A stretch of 64,000 nucleotides of DNA from Alphaproteobacteria bacterium (lineage in GTDB: Bacteria > Pseudomonadota > Alphaproteobacteria > Bin95), in the NCBI GenBank assembly GCA_964291285.2, contig OZ219785.1:576001-640000 (forward strand), written 5' to 3'. A program made the translations under genes and the position numbers. The notes beneath the pieces are model-generated. The model searched no databases. It saw only the letters and a list, made by a program, of their open reading frames with translations, and was not told the origin of the DNA. Positions 19,912-30,438 of the stretch are shown here, piece after piece (the first letter of the stretch is position 1; each line of letters opens with the position of its first letter).

Positions 19912-20759
19912 TAGTCTCCTCCCAAGCCGACGCGGTTAAGGAATTCATCAGCAAATAGAAAGAAACGCCATGCATTTCCGCCGTGGCTCAAATCGCCGCG
20001 CATGCGCTTCGGGAAGCCACGCGAATGGGGAATTTCCTCCTCAAAGATATGCCAGCCATGCTTGTCCGCCTCCTCGTGTATCTCCAGCATCGCTCGGCGT
20101 TTTTCAGGGCCCCCATCGTTACCCCCGTGATAGAAACCGTTATTGATGACGACGCCGATGACCTCAATGCGGTGCGAGGGGTTTTCAACCCTGAATGAAT
20201 TGAGCGACTTCGCAAGCAGAGGAAACCCAATAGTCGCAAAATATTCGGGCCGTACCGGCACCAGCACATACCGGGACGCATGATACGCCGCGCGCGTGAA
20301 CACGGACTCGGTCGGCGGGCAGTCGATCAGCACAAGGTCCCTGTCCTGGAAATTGTCCGCAATATAGCGCGCAAGCACCTGCGGATCGGGTTTGGCCGCC
20401 CGCACGAGATTGTCGGAGAAGTCGAAGCGGGACGGTATGTAGGAAAGCGTTCCGTCAGGATACACCTCCCGAACGGCTTCAAGGGGATTGAGCCGAGTGG
20501 GAGACTCATTGTTCCGGGTTGGAGGCCGGTAACCGTCGAACACCTCTACGATGGACGGTTCCTCACTATCGATAAATCGCTTATATGCCTCACGCATATA
20601 GGCTTGGCTCAGGTTCGCTTGCGGGTCCAGATCGACGGCAAGCACACGAAGATCTTCGTAGGCGGCATACCGTCCCAACAGCGCAACGACGGTCGTCTTG
20701 CCGACACCGCCTTTCATATTGATAACCGATATACAAACAGGCCCGCGTTCGCTCGGCAT
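19911..20759 (-). CDS. Orphan ParA/Soj-family ATPase
   Basis: Deviant Walker A NMKGGVGKTT, VDLDPQANLS and LIDCPPT. Confidence 0.88.
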   Translation of the reverse strand: MPSERGPVCISVINMKGGVGKTTVVALLGRYAAYEDLRVLAVDLDPQANLSQAYMREAYKRFIDSEEPSIVEVFDGYRPPTRNNESPTRLNPLEAVREVYPDGTLSYIPSRFDFSDNLVRAAKPDPQVLARYIADNFQDRDLVLIDCPPTESVFTRAAYHASRYVLVPVRPEYFATIGFPLLAKSLNSFRVENPSHRIEVIGVVINNGFYHGGNDGGPEKRRAMLEIHEEADKHGWHIFEEEIPHSRGFPKRMRGDLSHGGNAWRFFLFADEFLNRVGLGGD

Positions 20760-20878
20760 AGACGGCTTCCCACTAGAGCGATGCATCGACCATAGTACTC
20801 AGGCAATATGGCGTCAACAAAACTGGCGGTTTGCGGCACGAAGTGCGAACTGGGCGGACAAACTCTGCGTTGGCCCGG

Positions 20879-21673
20879 TCAAGCAATCCACCAGCCGGGG
20901 TAGTGATTGAGCAGAGCTTCTCTCGCGCAGTCGCGGGCCGCCGCGTCGCCGAAAGCAGCGAAGCAGGTGGCGCCGCTGCCGGACATGCGGGCGAACGATG
21001 CGCCTTCCAGCGCCGCCAGCGCGTCGAGGACATCGCCGACTTCGGGTGCGAGCGAGATGGCGGCTGCCGTCAGGTCGTTCGCGTAGCCGGCGAGGTCCGC
21101 CGCCGTTTCCGGCCAGGGCCGGCTTTCGCGGAACGGGCCGCGCCGCGCGCCGAACACGCCGGGCGTCGGCAGGGCGACGCCGGGATTGGCCAGCAGCAGA
21201 TGCGGGGCGGGCCAGTCGGGCAGCGGCGTCAGCCGCTCGCCGATGCCGGCCATGCCGCAGGTTGCGCCGGCGAGGCAGACCGGCACATCCGCGCCGAGCC
21301 CGGCCGCCAGCGCCGGCAGGTCGGCCTCGACGCCCCACAGCCGCGAGAGCAGCCTCAGCGCCGCCGCCGCGTCGGCCGAGCCGCCGCCGAGGCCCGCCGC
21401 CACCGGCAGGTTCTTCTCCAGCACCAGCCGCGCGCCCTGCCCCGGCGCCAGCGCGTTTGCCGCCCGCAGCACCAGATTGTCCGCCTCGCCCGCCAGCGCG
21501 CCTGCGAACGGCCCGGTGACCTCCAGGCTGAGACGTTCGGCAGGCCCGGCATGGAGCACGTCGCCCGCCTCGGCGAAAGCGACCAGGCTTTCCAGCAGGT
21601 GCAGCCCGTCCGCGCGCCGCCCGACGATATGCAGATAGAGGTTGACCTTCGCCGGCGCCGGCTCGCGCAGCAT
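20879..21673 (-). CDS. ispE: 4-diphosphocytidyl-2-C-methyl-D-erythritol kinase
   Basis: APAKVNLYLH, KNLPVAAGLGGGSADAAA, RMSGSGATCF. Confidence 0.95.
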   Translation of the reverse strand: MLREPAPAKVNLYLHIVGRRADGLHLLESLVAFAEAGDVLHAGPAERLSLEVTGPFAGALAGEADNLVLRAANALAPGQGARLVLEKNLPVAAGLGGGSADAAAALRLLSRLWGVEADLPALAAGLGADVPVCLAGATCGMAGIGERLTPLPDWPAPHLLLANPGVALPTPGVFGARRGPFRESRPWPETAADLAGYANDLTAAAISLAPEVGDVLDALAALEGASFARMSGSGATCFAAFGDAAARDCAREALLNHYPGWWIA

Positions 21674-21678
21674 CGGGG

Positions 21679-23325
21679 TCAGCCGCAATCCAGCCCGCAA
21701 TCGAGCCGTTGGCGCAGGCCTTCGACGCGCTCGGGGTCCGGGTCGAACTCCAGCGCGCGCTGCCACTGGTACCGGGCTTCGATCCGGCGTCCCGTCTTCC
21801 AGTAGGCATCGCCCAGATGTTCGTTCACGACCGGGTCCAGCGGCTCCAGAGCGGCTGCGCGCTCCAATTCCTCGACCGCCTCGTCGTACCGCCCGGTGCG
21901 GAAATACACCCACCCCAGGCTGTCGGCGATATAGCCGTCCCTCGGCCGCAGATTGACGGCCTTGGCCAGCATCTCCTCGGCGCGTTCGTAGCGTTCGCCG
22001 CGATCGACCCAGGAATAGCCGAGATAGTTGAGGACGTAAGCCTGGTCCGGCACGAATTCGAGCGCCTTCAGGAAGTCCTGCTCGGCGCGGCTCCAGCGGC
22101 GGGTGCGCTCGAGCGCAATGCCGCGGCCGTAATAGAGCCGCCAGTGCCGGGCCTCGGCCTGTCCCCCGATCCGGGCAATCGCGCGGTCATAGGCGGCCGC
22201 GGCATCCTCGTACCGCTCCTCGCCGCGCAGCAGATGGCCGAGTTCGCCGAGCGGAAACGGGTCTTCGGGACGCGCGCTCGCCTCCGCTTCCAGAACCGCG
22301 GCCGCATCCTCGAACCGGTCCAGCGAGGCATAGGCCCGGGCGCGCTGCGCCTCGGCGGTCGGCCGCAGGACCGAGTCCACCGGCACGGACCGGTAGGTCG
22401 CCACCGCCTCGTCGAACCGGTCCCGGTCGGCGAGAATGTCCCCGGCCAGCAGCACCGCGGCGCCGTGGTCCGGATTGAGCATGGCCGCGAGCCGGGCATA
22501 GAGGAGGGCGACGGGAACGCGGCGGCGGTTCAGCGCATCGGCCATGCCGAACAGCACTTCGGCGACACCCTCCGACGGCGTCGAAACGAGCGGTTCGAGG
22601 CCGGCCGGCCCCTCGACATGGGGCTGCCCGCTGATGAGGCGGTAGCGCTGCAATTGCTGCCGTGCGGCTTCGACGTCGCCGGCTGCCGCCCGGAACGCCG
22701 CATCCGCCAACACGCCGCGCGCGCCGAAACCGGTTTCGCGGAAGCGCTCGAACGCGCTGCCGGCCTCCTCCATCCGGCCCGAGGCCTGAAGGAGAAGGGC
22801 GCGGTGCAGTTTCGCCCAGCCATCGGCGCCCCGGGTTTTTTCCGCCCCGGACAGCGCCTCTTCGACCCCGGGAGCATCGCCTGCCGCGTGGCGCGCCCAT
22901 GCAAGCGCGAGCAGCCGGACAGCCCCCGGCAACGCCTTGCTCCCGGGCGTTTCGAGCCGATTGACCGCGGCCCGCCAGTTCCCCTTTCTCATGTCGTCCA
23001 TGGCCAGGCGCATCGCCACCAGGGCCTTGTCGAGCAATCGGACTCCGCGGGGCGCGCCGGCCGTCAGGGATGCGTCCATCCGCCGGGCAAGGGCGAGACT
23101 CGCTTCGCCGTCGCCCGCCGCGACCCGTATCCGCAGAAGGTGGCCCTGGACCTTGAGGTTTCCGGGGTCGGCCTCCAATGCGCGCCGGTAGAAGTCTTCG
23201 GCGGCGCTGAGGTCGAACTGCTGTTCCGCATAGCGTGCCGCGAGCCAGTCGGTGAGCGCCGGCGCCGCCTCCGGGCGGCAGGCAGCCGAAAACAGGAGCG
23301 CGAATGCCAGGAGGACGGCGCGCAT
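21679..23325 (-). CDS. Tetratricopeptide-repeat protein with signal peptide
   Basis: TPRs; VLNYLGYSWVD, YIADSLGWVY and EHLGDAYWKTGR, in the conserved position between ETF-QO and ispE. Confidence 0.9.
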   Translation of the reverse strand: MRAVLLAFALLFSAACRPEAAPALTDWLAARYAEQQFDLSAAEDFYRRALEADPGNLKVQGHLLRIRVAAGDGEASLALARRMDASLTAGAPRGVRLLDKALVAMRLAMDDMRKGNWRAAVNRLETPGSKALPGAVRLLALAWARHAAGDAPGVEEALSGAEKTRGADGWAKLHRALLLQASGRMEEAGSAFERFRETGFGARGVLADAAFRAAAGDVEAARQQLQRYRLISGQPHVEGPAGLEPLVSTPSEGVAEVLFGMADALNRRRVPVALLYARLAAMLNPDHGAAVLLAGDILADRDRFDEAVATYRSVPVDSVLRPTAEAQRARAYASLDRFEDAAAVLEAEASARPEDPFPLGELGHLLRGEERYEDAAAAYDRAIARIGGQAEARHWRLYYGRGIALERTRRWSRAEQDFLKALEFVPDQAYVLNYLGYSWVDRGERYERAEEMLAKAVNLRPRDGYIADSLGWVYFRTGRYDEAVEELERAAALEPLDPVVNEHLGDAYWKTGRRIEARYQWQRALEFDPDPERVEGLRQRLDCGLDCG

Positions 23326-23335
23326 TCGCCCACCC

Positions 23336-24979
23336 TCACATGTTCGGATAGTTGGGTCCGCCGCCGCCTTCCGGCACCGTCCAGACGATGTTCTGGGTCG
23401 GGTCCTTGATGTCGCAGGTCTTGCAGTGGACGCAGTTCTGCGCGTTGATCTGAAGGCGCGGCCCGCCGCCGTCCTCGACGATCTCGTAAACCCCGGCCGG
23501 GCAGTAACGCTGCTCGGGCGCATCGAATTCGGCGAGATTGACCCGGATGGGGAGTTCCGCATCCTTCAGCACCAGATGGACCGGCTGGTCCTCTTCGTGG
23601 TTTGTGCCCGAAAGATAGACCGAGGACGGCTTGTCGAAGGACACCACCCCGTCCGGCCTCGGGTATTCGATCGGCTTGTGGTCCTCGCGGCGGCCGGTGG
23701 CGGCGTGGTCCGTGCCGTGGTGGCGCAGCGTCCAGGGCGCCCGGCCGCGCAGCAGCATCTGGTCGAAGCCCGCATGGAGCATCCCGGCCGCAAGGCCCCA
23801 GCGGAAGCCGGGGCGGACATTGCGCGCCCGGTGCAGCTCGTCATGCAGCCAGGACGCGCGGAAGGCCTCCGGATAGGCCGCGAGCTCGTCGCCCCCTTCC
23901 GAGCCTTCCGACAGCCGCCGGAAGGCCGCCTCGGCGGCCAGCATGCCGGTCTTCATGGCGCCGTGGCTGCCCTTGATGCGCGGCACGTTGAGGAACCCCG
24001 CCTCGCAGCCGATCAGCGCGCCGCCCGGAAACACGAGCTTCGGCAGCGCCTGCATCCCGCCCTCGTTCACCGCCCGGGCCCCGTAGGCGACCCGCTGCCC
24101 GCCTTCGAAGAAGGGGCGGATCTTCGGATGGGTCTTGTAGCGCTGGAACTCGTCGAAGGGGCTCAGCCACGGATTGCGGTAGTCGAGAGCGATGACGAAA
24201 CCGACCGCCACCTGCCCGCCCGCCAGATGGTAGAGGAACGACCCGCCATAGGTGCGCCCGTCCATCGGCCAGCCGGCGGTATGGACCACCAGCCCCGGCT
24301 CGTGGACCGCCGGATCGACGTCCCACAGCTCCTTGATGCCGATGCCGTAGGTCTGCGGCAGGCAATCCTGCCGGAGGTCGAAGCGGTCCATGAGCTGCTT
24401 GCCGAGCGAGCCGCGGCAGCCCTCGGCGAACATTGTGTATTTGGCGCGCAGTTCTATGCCGGGCTCGTGCGTCGCCTTGGGGCCGCCGTCGCGCCCGATG
24501 CCCATGTCGCCCGTCGCCACGCCGGCCACCGACCCGTCCTCGCGGTAAAGCACTTCGGCGGCGGCGAAACCCGGATAGATTTCCACCTCCAGCGCCTCGG
24601 CCTGTTCGGCCATCCAGCGGCAGACATTGCCGAGGCTGACGATATGGTTGCCGTGGTTGCGCAATGCCGGGGGCATGAACGGGCCCGGCACCCGAAAGGC
24701 GCGTTTCTCGCCGAGCAGATAGAACCGGTCCTCCGTAACCGGCGTGTCCAGAGGCGCGCCGAGCTCCTGCCAGTCGGGCAGCAATTCGTTGAGCGCACGC
24801 GGATCGAGAACGGCGCCCGACAGGATATGGGCGCCGATCTCGGAGCCCTTCTCGACCAGGCAGACGGCAAGCTCGGACCCGGCCTCGGCCGCAAGCTGTT
24901 TCAGGCGTATCGCGGCAGCCAGCCCTGCCGGGCCGCCACCGACGATGACGACATCGAACTCCATGCTCTCGCGTTCCAT
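23336..24979 (-). CDS. Electron transfer flavoprotein-ubiquinone oxidoreductase
   Basis: [44 protein letters not shown]. Confidence 0.96.
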   Translation of the reverse strand: MERESMEFDVVIVGGGPAGLAAAIRLKQLAAEAGSELAVCLVEKGSEIGAHILSGAVLDPRALNELLPDWQELGAPLDTPVTEDRFYLLGEKRAFRVPGPFMPPALRNHGNHIVSLGNVCRWMAEQAEALEVEIYPGFAAAEVLYREDGSVAGVATGDMGIGRDGGPKATHEPGIELRAKYTMFAEGCRGSLGKQLMDRFDLRQDCLPQTYGIGIKELWDVDPAVHEPGLVVHTAGWPMDGRTYGGSFLYHLAGGQVAVGFVIALDYRNPWLSPFDEFQRYKTHPKIRPFFEGGQRVAYGARAVNEGGMQALPKLVFPGGALIGCEAGFLNVPRIKGSHGAMKTGMLAAEAAFRRLSEGSEGGDELAAYPEAFRASWLHDELHRARNVRPGFRWGLAAGMLHAGFDQMLLRGRAPWTLRHHGTDHAATGRREDHKPIEYPRPDGVVSFDKPSSVYLSGTNHEEDQPVHLVLKDAELPIRVNLAEFDAPEQRYCPAGVYEIVEDGGGPRLQINAQNCVHCKTCDIKDPTQNIVWTVPEGGGGPNYPNM

Positions 24980-25040
24980 GTCCCGCCCTCTCCACCCGGC
25001 GTATTTTGCGCTAACATAGTCTGGACATTCAGGCTGCGCC

Positions 25041-25811
25041 ATGACCGAACGGGAACCCTTGTTCGCGGCGCTGGAGTGGCAATTGGAGGCGGGTGTGGAC
25101 GAGGTTGTCGGCTTCGAGCCGGTCGACCGGTTCGCCCCGCCGCCGGTAAGCAAGGCGCCGGTCTCCCCGCCCCCTGCTCCCGGGGCGGCGCCGTCGCTCG
25201 TGCGCACGGCGGCGGCGCCCGCCGCGCAGGATGTGGCGGCGGACGGCGATCTGGATGCGCTCCGCGAGCGCCTGCTCGCCTTCGACGGCTGCGCGCTGAA
25301 GAAGACGGCCACCAACACGGTGTTCGGCGAAGGGCCGGCCGGGGCCGGCCTGATGATCGTCGGAGAGGCGCCGGGGGCCGACGAGGACCGGCAGGGCCGC
25401 CCCTTCGTCGGGCCGAGCGGGCGGCTTCTGGAACGGATGCTGGCAGCAATCGGGCTCGCCCGCGAGGAGGTCTATATCGCCAACACCGTCTATTGGCGCC
25501 CGCCGGGCAACCGCACGCCTTCGGCGGAGGAGGTGGAAGCCTGCCGTCCGTTCGTGGACCGGCAGATTGCGCTGGTGGCGCCGAAAGTGCTGATGCTGGC
25601 CGGCGGCGCGGCCGCCAAGACGCTGCTCGGCACGACGGAGGGCATCATGCGCCTGCGCGGGCGCTGGCAGGCCTTCGCGACGCCGGACGGGCCGGTCGAT
25701 GTCATGCCGACCTTCCACCCGGCTTTCCTGCTGCGCTCGCCCGCGCGCAAGCGCGAGGCCTGGCGGGACCTGCTGGCCGTGAAGGCCCGGCTGGAGGCCG
25801 GACGCCCGTGA
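25041..25811 (+). CDS. Uracil-DNA glycosylase, family 4
   Basis: [35 protein letters not shown]. Confidence 0.93.
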   Translation: MTEREPLFAALEWQLEAGVDEVVGFEPVDRFAPPPVSKAPVSPPPAPGAAPSLVRTAAAPAAQDVAADGDLDALRERLLAFDGCALKKTATNTVFGEGPAGAGLMIVGEAPGADEDRQGRPFVGPSGRLLERMLAAIGLAREEVYIANTVYWRPPGNRTPSAEEVEACRPFVDRQIALVAPKVLMLAGGAAAKTLLGTTEGIMRLRGRWQAFATPDGPVDVMPTFHPAFLLRSPARKREAWRDLLAVKARLEAGRP

Positions 25812-27526
25812 GAGTCCTTGCGCTCGCCATGCTGACGGTATGGAGCGGCGCCGCCGGGGCCGCCGAGCTCCGGATCCTGTCGCCGGCCGATACGGAGCGT
25901 TACCAGCGCCTCTTCCAGCTGGAGGCGGAGAACCTCTGGGAGGAATCGGACGCGCTGGCGAAGGAGCTGGAGAACCGGCTGCTGATGGGCCATGTGCTTT
26001 ACCAGCGCTACGCCGTCTCGCGCGAGTATGTCACGCCATACGAGGAATTGCGGGCATGGCTGGAGGCCTATGGCGACCATCCGGGAGCGCAGGCAGTGTC
26101 GCGCCTGGCGCTCAAGCGCCGGCCGCCGGGCGCGCTGCCGCCGCCGCCGGAGAGGCATCCGCCCGTGCGCAAGCCGACGCCGGTGTTCCTCGCTGCGCCC
26201 CTGCGGAAACCGCCGACGGCCGTCGGCCGGATCTATGCCCGGATCATCGGGCAGCACCTGAGGAACGAGCGGCCCGATCTTGCACGAAGCCTGTTCCGCG
26301 ACGCGGCCGTGCACCGCGCGCTCGGGCAGGATTACGCAGACAAGCTGCGCGCCGATATCGCGTTCTTCTACTACCTTCTCGGCAAGGATGCGGAAGCCTA
26401 CAGCCTCGCCTCGAGGCGCGCGGAGCTCGCGCAGGGCCGGGTTTCGCTGCTCCACTGGGTCGCCGGGCTGGCGGCGCTCAGGCTCGGCTGGCATGCGGGC
26501 GCGGCGCGGCATTTCGCAGCCCATGCGCGGTCTCCCGCGGCCTCGCCCTGGAACGCGTCCGCCGGCGCCTTCTGGGCGGCAAGGATGCTGCGGCAGATCG
26601 AGCGGCCCGAAGAGGCCGAAATATGGCTCCGGGAAGCGGCGCGCCACAAGCGCACCTTCTACGGCATGCTGGCCCGCGAGATGCTGGGCCTGCCGCATGG
26701 ATTGAATTTCGAGCCGCCGCCGCTCGACGATGCGGACCGCCTGCGGATTCACGCGGAACCGGCGGCAGTCCGCGCGCTGGCGCTGGCCGAAATCGGGCGC
26801 ACGGTCGGGGCGGAGGCCGAAATGCGCAGCGCTCTCGCCGATGCCGATTCCGACACGACGCGCGCCCTGCTCGCCGCTTCCACAGCCGCCAGCCTGCCGC
26901 GCGCGGCGCTGCTGGCCGGACGCCGCCTGCTCGGCCGCGGCGACGCGCCCCGCGACCTCGCGCTCTATCCGCTGGCGCCCTGGGAACCGGAGGGCGGCTA
27001 CGGCCTGGACCGGGCGCTGCTGCTGGGCTTCATGCGCCGCGAGAGCGCCTTCGACACCCGCGCCTTCAGCAAGGCCGGCGCGCGCGGGCTGATGCAGCTC
27101 ATGCCCTCGACCGCGAATGCCGTTTCCGGCGGCGAGCGCTTCGCCGGCAGGAAGCTCAAGCGCCTTCTGGAACCCGAGCTCAACCTGACGCTCGGACGCA
27201 ACTATCTCAGCATGCTGCTGAAGAAGGACGAGGTCTCGGGCGACCTGCTCAACCTCGCCATCGCCTACAATGCCGGCGCCGGCCGGCTGCGCCGCTGGAA
27301 CGCCGCCGTGCGCCACATGGACGACCGGCTGCTGTTCATCGAGAGCCTGCCGGCGAAGGAGACCCGGTTGTTCGTCGAGCATGTGCTCACGAATATCTGG
27401 GCCTATCGCGCGCGTCTGGGCCAGAAGCGGCCGAGCCTGGCCGCGCTGGCGGCCGGCGAGGCGCCGCTCTATAAGTCCCTCGATATCCGTCAGGCGGACG
27501 CGAGCGGCACTCCGCCGAATGTGTGA
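25808..27526 (+). CDS. Soluble lytic transglycosylase (Slt family)
   Basis: RRESAF, GARGLMQLMP.TA, AYNAG, ETRLFV; GTG start overlaps the UDG stop. Confidence 0.9.
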   Translation: MRVLALAMLTVWSGAAGAAELRILSPADTERYQRLFQLEAENLWEESDALAKELENRLLMGHVLYQRYAVSREYVTPYEELRAWLEAYGDHPGAQAVSRLALKRRPPGALPPPPERHPPVRKPTPVFLAAPLRKPPTAVGRIYARIIGQHLRNERPDLARSLFRDAAVHRALGQDYADKLRADIAFFYYLLGKDAEAYSLASRRAELAQGRVSLLHWVAGLAALRLGWHAGAARHFAAHARSPAASPWNASAGAFWAARMLRQIERPEEAEIWLREAARHKRTFYGMLAREMLGLPHGLNFEPPPLDDADRLRIHAEPAAVRALALAEIGRTVGAEAEMRSALADADSDTTRALLAASTAASLPRAALLAGRRLLGRGDAPRDLALYPLAPWEPEGGYGLDRALLLGFMRRESAFDTRAFSKAGARGLMQLMPSTANAVSGGERFAGRKLKRLLEPELNLTLGRNYLSMLLKKDEVSGDLLNLAIAYNAGAGRLRRWNAAVRHMDDRLLFIESLPAKETRLFVEHVLTNIWAYRARLGQKRPSLAALAAGEAPLYKSLDIRQADASGTPPNV

Positions 27527-27555
27527 GGCGTCCTCGCCCGGAAAGCATCTCCGCA

Positions 27556-28107
27556 ATGCCAGGAACGATCGACGAGAGCCGCCCCTTCATCCCCGTGCGC
27601 ATCGCGGTGCTTACCGTCTCGGACACGCGCGGCGCGGCCGACGACCGCTCGGGCGACACGCTGGTCGGGCGGCTGGAGAGCGACGGGCACATACTCGCGG
27701 ACCGCGCCATCGTCCGCGACGAGATCGACGTCATCCGGTCGGCGTTGCGGCGCTGGATCGACGATCCCGAAATCGACTGCGTGATTGCGACCGGCGGCAC
27801 CGGACTTACGGGCCGGGACGTCACGCCCGAAGCCTTCGAGGGCGTCTATGAGAAGCGGATCGACGGCTTCGGCGAGCTGTTCCGCTGGCAGAGCTTCCAG
27901 AAGATCGGCGCCTCGACCATCCAGTCCCGCGCCACGGCCGGCACGGCCGGCGGCACCTACCTGTTCGCCCTGCCCGGCTCGACCGGCGCCTGCCGGGACG
28001 CCTGGGACGACATCCTCCACTGGCAGCTCGACTACCGCTTCCGCCCCTGCAATTTCGTCGAAATCATGCCCCGCCTCCAGGAGCATGTGACGGGCCGGGG
28101 CGGCTGA
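27556..28107 (+). CDS. moaB: Molybdenum cofactor biosynthesis protein B
   Basis: IAVLTVSDTR, TGGTGLTGRDVTPEA, LPGSTGAC.DAWD, RPCNF. Confidence 0.93.
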   Translation: MPGTIDESRPFIPVRIAVLTVSDTRGAADDRSGDTLVGRLESDGHILADRAIVRDEIDVIRSALRRWIDDPEIDCVIATGGTGLTGRDVTPEAFEGVYEKRIDGFGELFRWQSFQKIGASTIQSRATAGTAGGTYLFALPGSTGACRDAWDDILHWQLDYRFRPCNFVEIMPRLQEHVTGRGG

Positions 28108-28122
28108 GCGCCTTCCTGAGAC

Positions 28123-28161
28123 TTGACCGCCCCGACTGCCGGCTCCATGTTACATGTAACA
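28123..28161 (+). promoter_or_regulatory. Putative TA promoter with a 14-bp palindromic operator
   Basis: TTGACC (28123-28128), a 17-bp spacer and CATGTT; perfect palindrome TGTTACATGTAACA at 28148-28161. Confidence 0.65.
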
Positions 28162-28178
28162 ACGGGCCGGGGTGAATC

Positions 28179-28397
28179 ATGCCTTCGTCGAACGCCGAGC
28201 GTGTCCGCAAGCGGAGGGAGGCCCTCCGGGCGCAGGGGCTCCGTCCCGTCCAGCTCTGGGTCCCCGACAGCCGGCGGCCGGGCTTCGAAGAGGAATGCCG
28301 CCGGCAGGCGGCGCTGGCGGCGGCGGCGGACCGGAACGACCCTGAACTTATGGCCTTCTTGGACGCCGCTCTGGAAGACCTGGACGATCCGGAGTGA
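28179..28397 (+). CDS. MazE-like antitoxin (DUF3018 type)
   Basis: RV.K.R..LRAQGLRPVQLWVPD.R.PGF.EECRRQ; lies directly upstream of the toxin. Confidence 0.85.
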   Translation: MPSSNAERVRKRREALRAQGLRPVQLWVPDSRRPGFEEECRRQAALAAAADRNDPELMAFLDAALEDLDDPE

Positions 28398-28720
28398 CGC
28401 GCGGCGACCTTGTAACCGTTGTCGCGCCGGGAGAATTCGGCAAGCCGCGCCCCGCCCTCGTGGTGCAGTCGGACCGGTTCCGGGAAACGGCGACCGTAAC
28501 GGTTCTACCGGTGACATCGACCGAGGCGGAAACGCCGTTGTTCCGGGTTGCAGTCGAACCGTCTCCGGCCAATGGTCTGCGAACGCGATCCTTCGTCATG
28601 GCCGACAAGGCCACAACGGTACGGATCGGCAAATTGGGTCAACCGTTCGGCCGCCTTGAGGAGGACGCCATGCGCGCCGTGAACCGCGCGCTCGCGCTGT
28701 TCCTCGGCATCGTTACCTGA
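28394..28720 (+). CDS. PemK/MazF family toxin
   Basis: RGD.V.V..PG.FGKPRPALVVQ, NGL...S.VM.DK; GTGA overlap with the antitoxin. Confidence 0.9.
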   Translation: MTRGDLVTVVAPGEFGKPRPALVVQSDRFRETATVTVLPVTSTEAETPLFRVAVEPSPANGLRTRSFVMADKATTVRIGKLGQPFGRLEEDAMRAVNRALALFLGIVT

Positions 28721-28766
28721 CGCGCCGGGCGGATTTCTCCGACGCTGAAGCCAGAAGGGACCCGCC

Positions 28767-29324
28767 ATGACTCTCCTCGTTGCCGGACTCGCGCTCTTCA
28801 TCGTCCTGCACCTGGTTCCGAGCGTTCCCCCTCTTCGCGCCGGCCTTGTCGCCGGTATGGGAGAGAAGCGGTATCGCGGGGCGTTCTCGGCCCTCGCGCT
28901 CGCAGGCCTCGTGCTGATCGTATGGGGCTATTCGGCGGCTCCGTTCGAGCCGGTCTATTCGCCTCCGGACTGGGGGCGGCAGGCGGCGATGTGGCTGGCG
29001 CCGGCGGCGTTCGTGCTGTTTGCGGCGGCCAACATGGCGACGCACATCCGGTCCGTCGTCCGGCACCCCATGCTGCTCGGGCTCCTTTTCTGGGCGCTCG
29101 CCCATCTGGCGGCGAACGGCGACCTGCGCTCGCTCATGCTCTTCGGGGGGCTGGCGGGATTCTCCGTGGCGGCGGCGGTGAGCGCCGTGGCGCGCGGCAA
29201 GCGGCCCCCCGCCGACAGGAAGCCGCGCCTCGCGATGGATGCGGCGGCGCTCGCGTCGGGGCTCGTCGCCGCTGCCGTCTTCGCATATTTCCACGCCGCA
29301 TTGTTCGGCGTGCCGGTGCTGTAG
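28767..29324 (+). CDS. NnrU family membrane protein
   Basis: GLALF..LH.VP and RHPMLLG...WALAHL.ANGD. Confidence 0.88.
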   Translation: MTLLVAGLALFIVLHLVPSVPPLRAGLVAGMGEKRYRGAFSALALAGLVLIVWGYSAAPFEPVYSPPDWGRQAAMWLAPAAFVLFAAANMATHIRSVVRHPMLLGLLFWALAHLAANGDLRSLMLFGGLAGFSVAAAVSAVARGKRPPADRKPRLAMDAAALASGLVAAAVFAYFHAALFGVPVL

Positions 29325-29337
29325 AATTCTTCCCGGA

Positions 29338-30402
29338 CTACCGATCTGCCGGACGGGTCTCCGGGCCGGAGACGCCGGCGCCCTCGAAGGTGGCCATGTC
29401 GGCATGGCAACGGGCGGCGGCCCTGAGCAGCGCGAGCGCAAGAGCCGCGCCGGAACCTTCCCCGAGGCGCATGCCCAGGTCGAGCAGCGGCGCCTTGCCC
29501 CAGAGCGCCAGCAGCCGCCCGTGGGCCGGCTCGGCCGAGAGGTGACCGGCCTGGCAGTGGTCGAGGCCGGTCGGGTCGAGCGCATGCAGCACGGCCGCCG
29601 CGGCCGCCGCGCCGTAGCCGTCCAGCAGCACCGGCACGCGGCCCATGCGCGCCGCCACCAGCGCGCCGAACATGGCGGCGGTCTCGAAGCCGCCGAGGCG
29701 GCGCAGCACTTCCAGCGGCGGCTGGCCGCCATGACGCGCGGCCCCGAGGCGCACCGTTTCGACCTTGGCCTCGAGCCGCGCGCCGGAAACCCCCGTGCCG
29801 GGCCCGGTCCAGTCTTCGGCGTCTCCCCCGTGCAGCGCATGGGCGATGGCGGCCGCAGAGGTGGTGTTGGCGATGCCCATTTCGCCGATCGCGAGCGCAT
29901 CGATGCCGGGCTCGACCGCCATCATGCCGTAGGCGACGGCGCGCGCGCATTCCTCGTCCGTCATGGCGGGCGCCTCCGTGAAATCCTCTGTCGGGACCTC
30001 CAGCGAGAGTTCATAAACCCGAAGCTCCGCGTCGAGCGCGCTGCAAATGGCGTTCACCGCTGCGCCGCCGGCGATGAAGTTCTGCACCATTTCCGCGGTC
30101 ACCGAAGCCGGCCAGGCCGAGACACCGCGCCGGGCGACGCCGTGATTGCCGGCGAAAACCGCGACGCGCGCGCGTTCCAGGCGCGGTGGATGGCGCCCCT
30201 GCCATGCGGCGAGCCATTCCGCCAGTTCCTCCAGCCGCCCGAGCGCACCCGGCGGTTTGGTCAACAGGCCGTCCCGCACGCGCGCCGCCTCCCGTGCCGC
30301 TTCGTCGGGGCCGGGCAGATGCGCGAGCGTCTCGGCGATCTCGGCAAGCGAGACAATCGGAGCGGTCTCGCCATGCGAGACAGGGGGGTCGGTTTCGGCC
30401 AT
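29338..30402 (-). CDS. cobT: Nicotinate-nucleotide-dimethylbenzimidazole phosphoribosyltransferase
   Basis: LTKPPGALGRLE, FAGNHGV, GEMGIANTT, LDLGMRLGEGSGA, MATF..AGV. Confidence 0.95.
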   Translation of the reverse strand: MAETDPPVSHGETAPIVSLAEIAETLAHLPGPDEAAREAARVRDGLLTKPPGALGRLEELAEWLAAWQGRHPPRLERARVAVFAGNHGVARRGVSAWPASVTAEMVQNFIAGGAAVNAICSALDAELRVYELSLEVPTEDFTEAPAMTDEECARAVAYGMMAVEPGIDALAIGEMGIANTTSAAAIAHALHGGDAEDWTGPGTGVSGARLEAKVETVRLGAARHGGQPPLEVLRRLGGFETAAMFGALVAARMGRVPVLLDGYGAAAAAAVLHALDPTGLDHCQAGHLSAEPAHGRLLALWGKAPLLDLGMRLGEGSGAALALALLRAAARCHADMATFEGAGVSGPETRPADR

Positions 30403-30438
30403 GCTGGCGGTCTATCGCGGATTCGCCCGGGGAAGTCC

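Noticed and set aside
23252-25807. The 1424-aa ORF 23252..27526 as one protein
   Set aside because: Its N-terminal part is the antisense shadow of ETF-QO plus an alternative frame of UDG. Only 25808-27526 has lytic transglycosylase motifs.
30403-30438. Cobalamin riboswitch at cobT/cobS
   Set aside because: The intergenic gap is only about 36 bp and no B12-box motif is visible.
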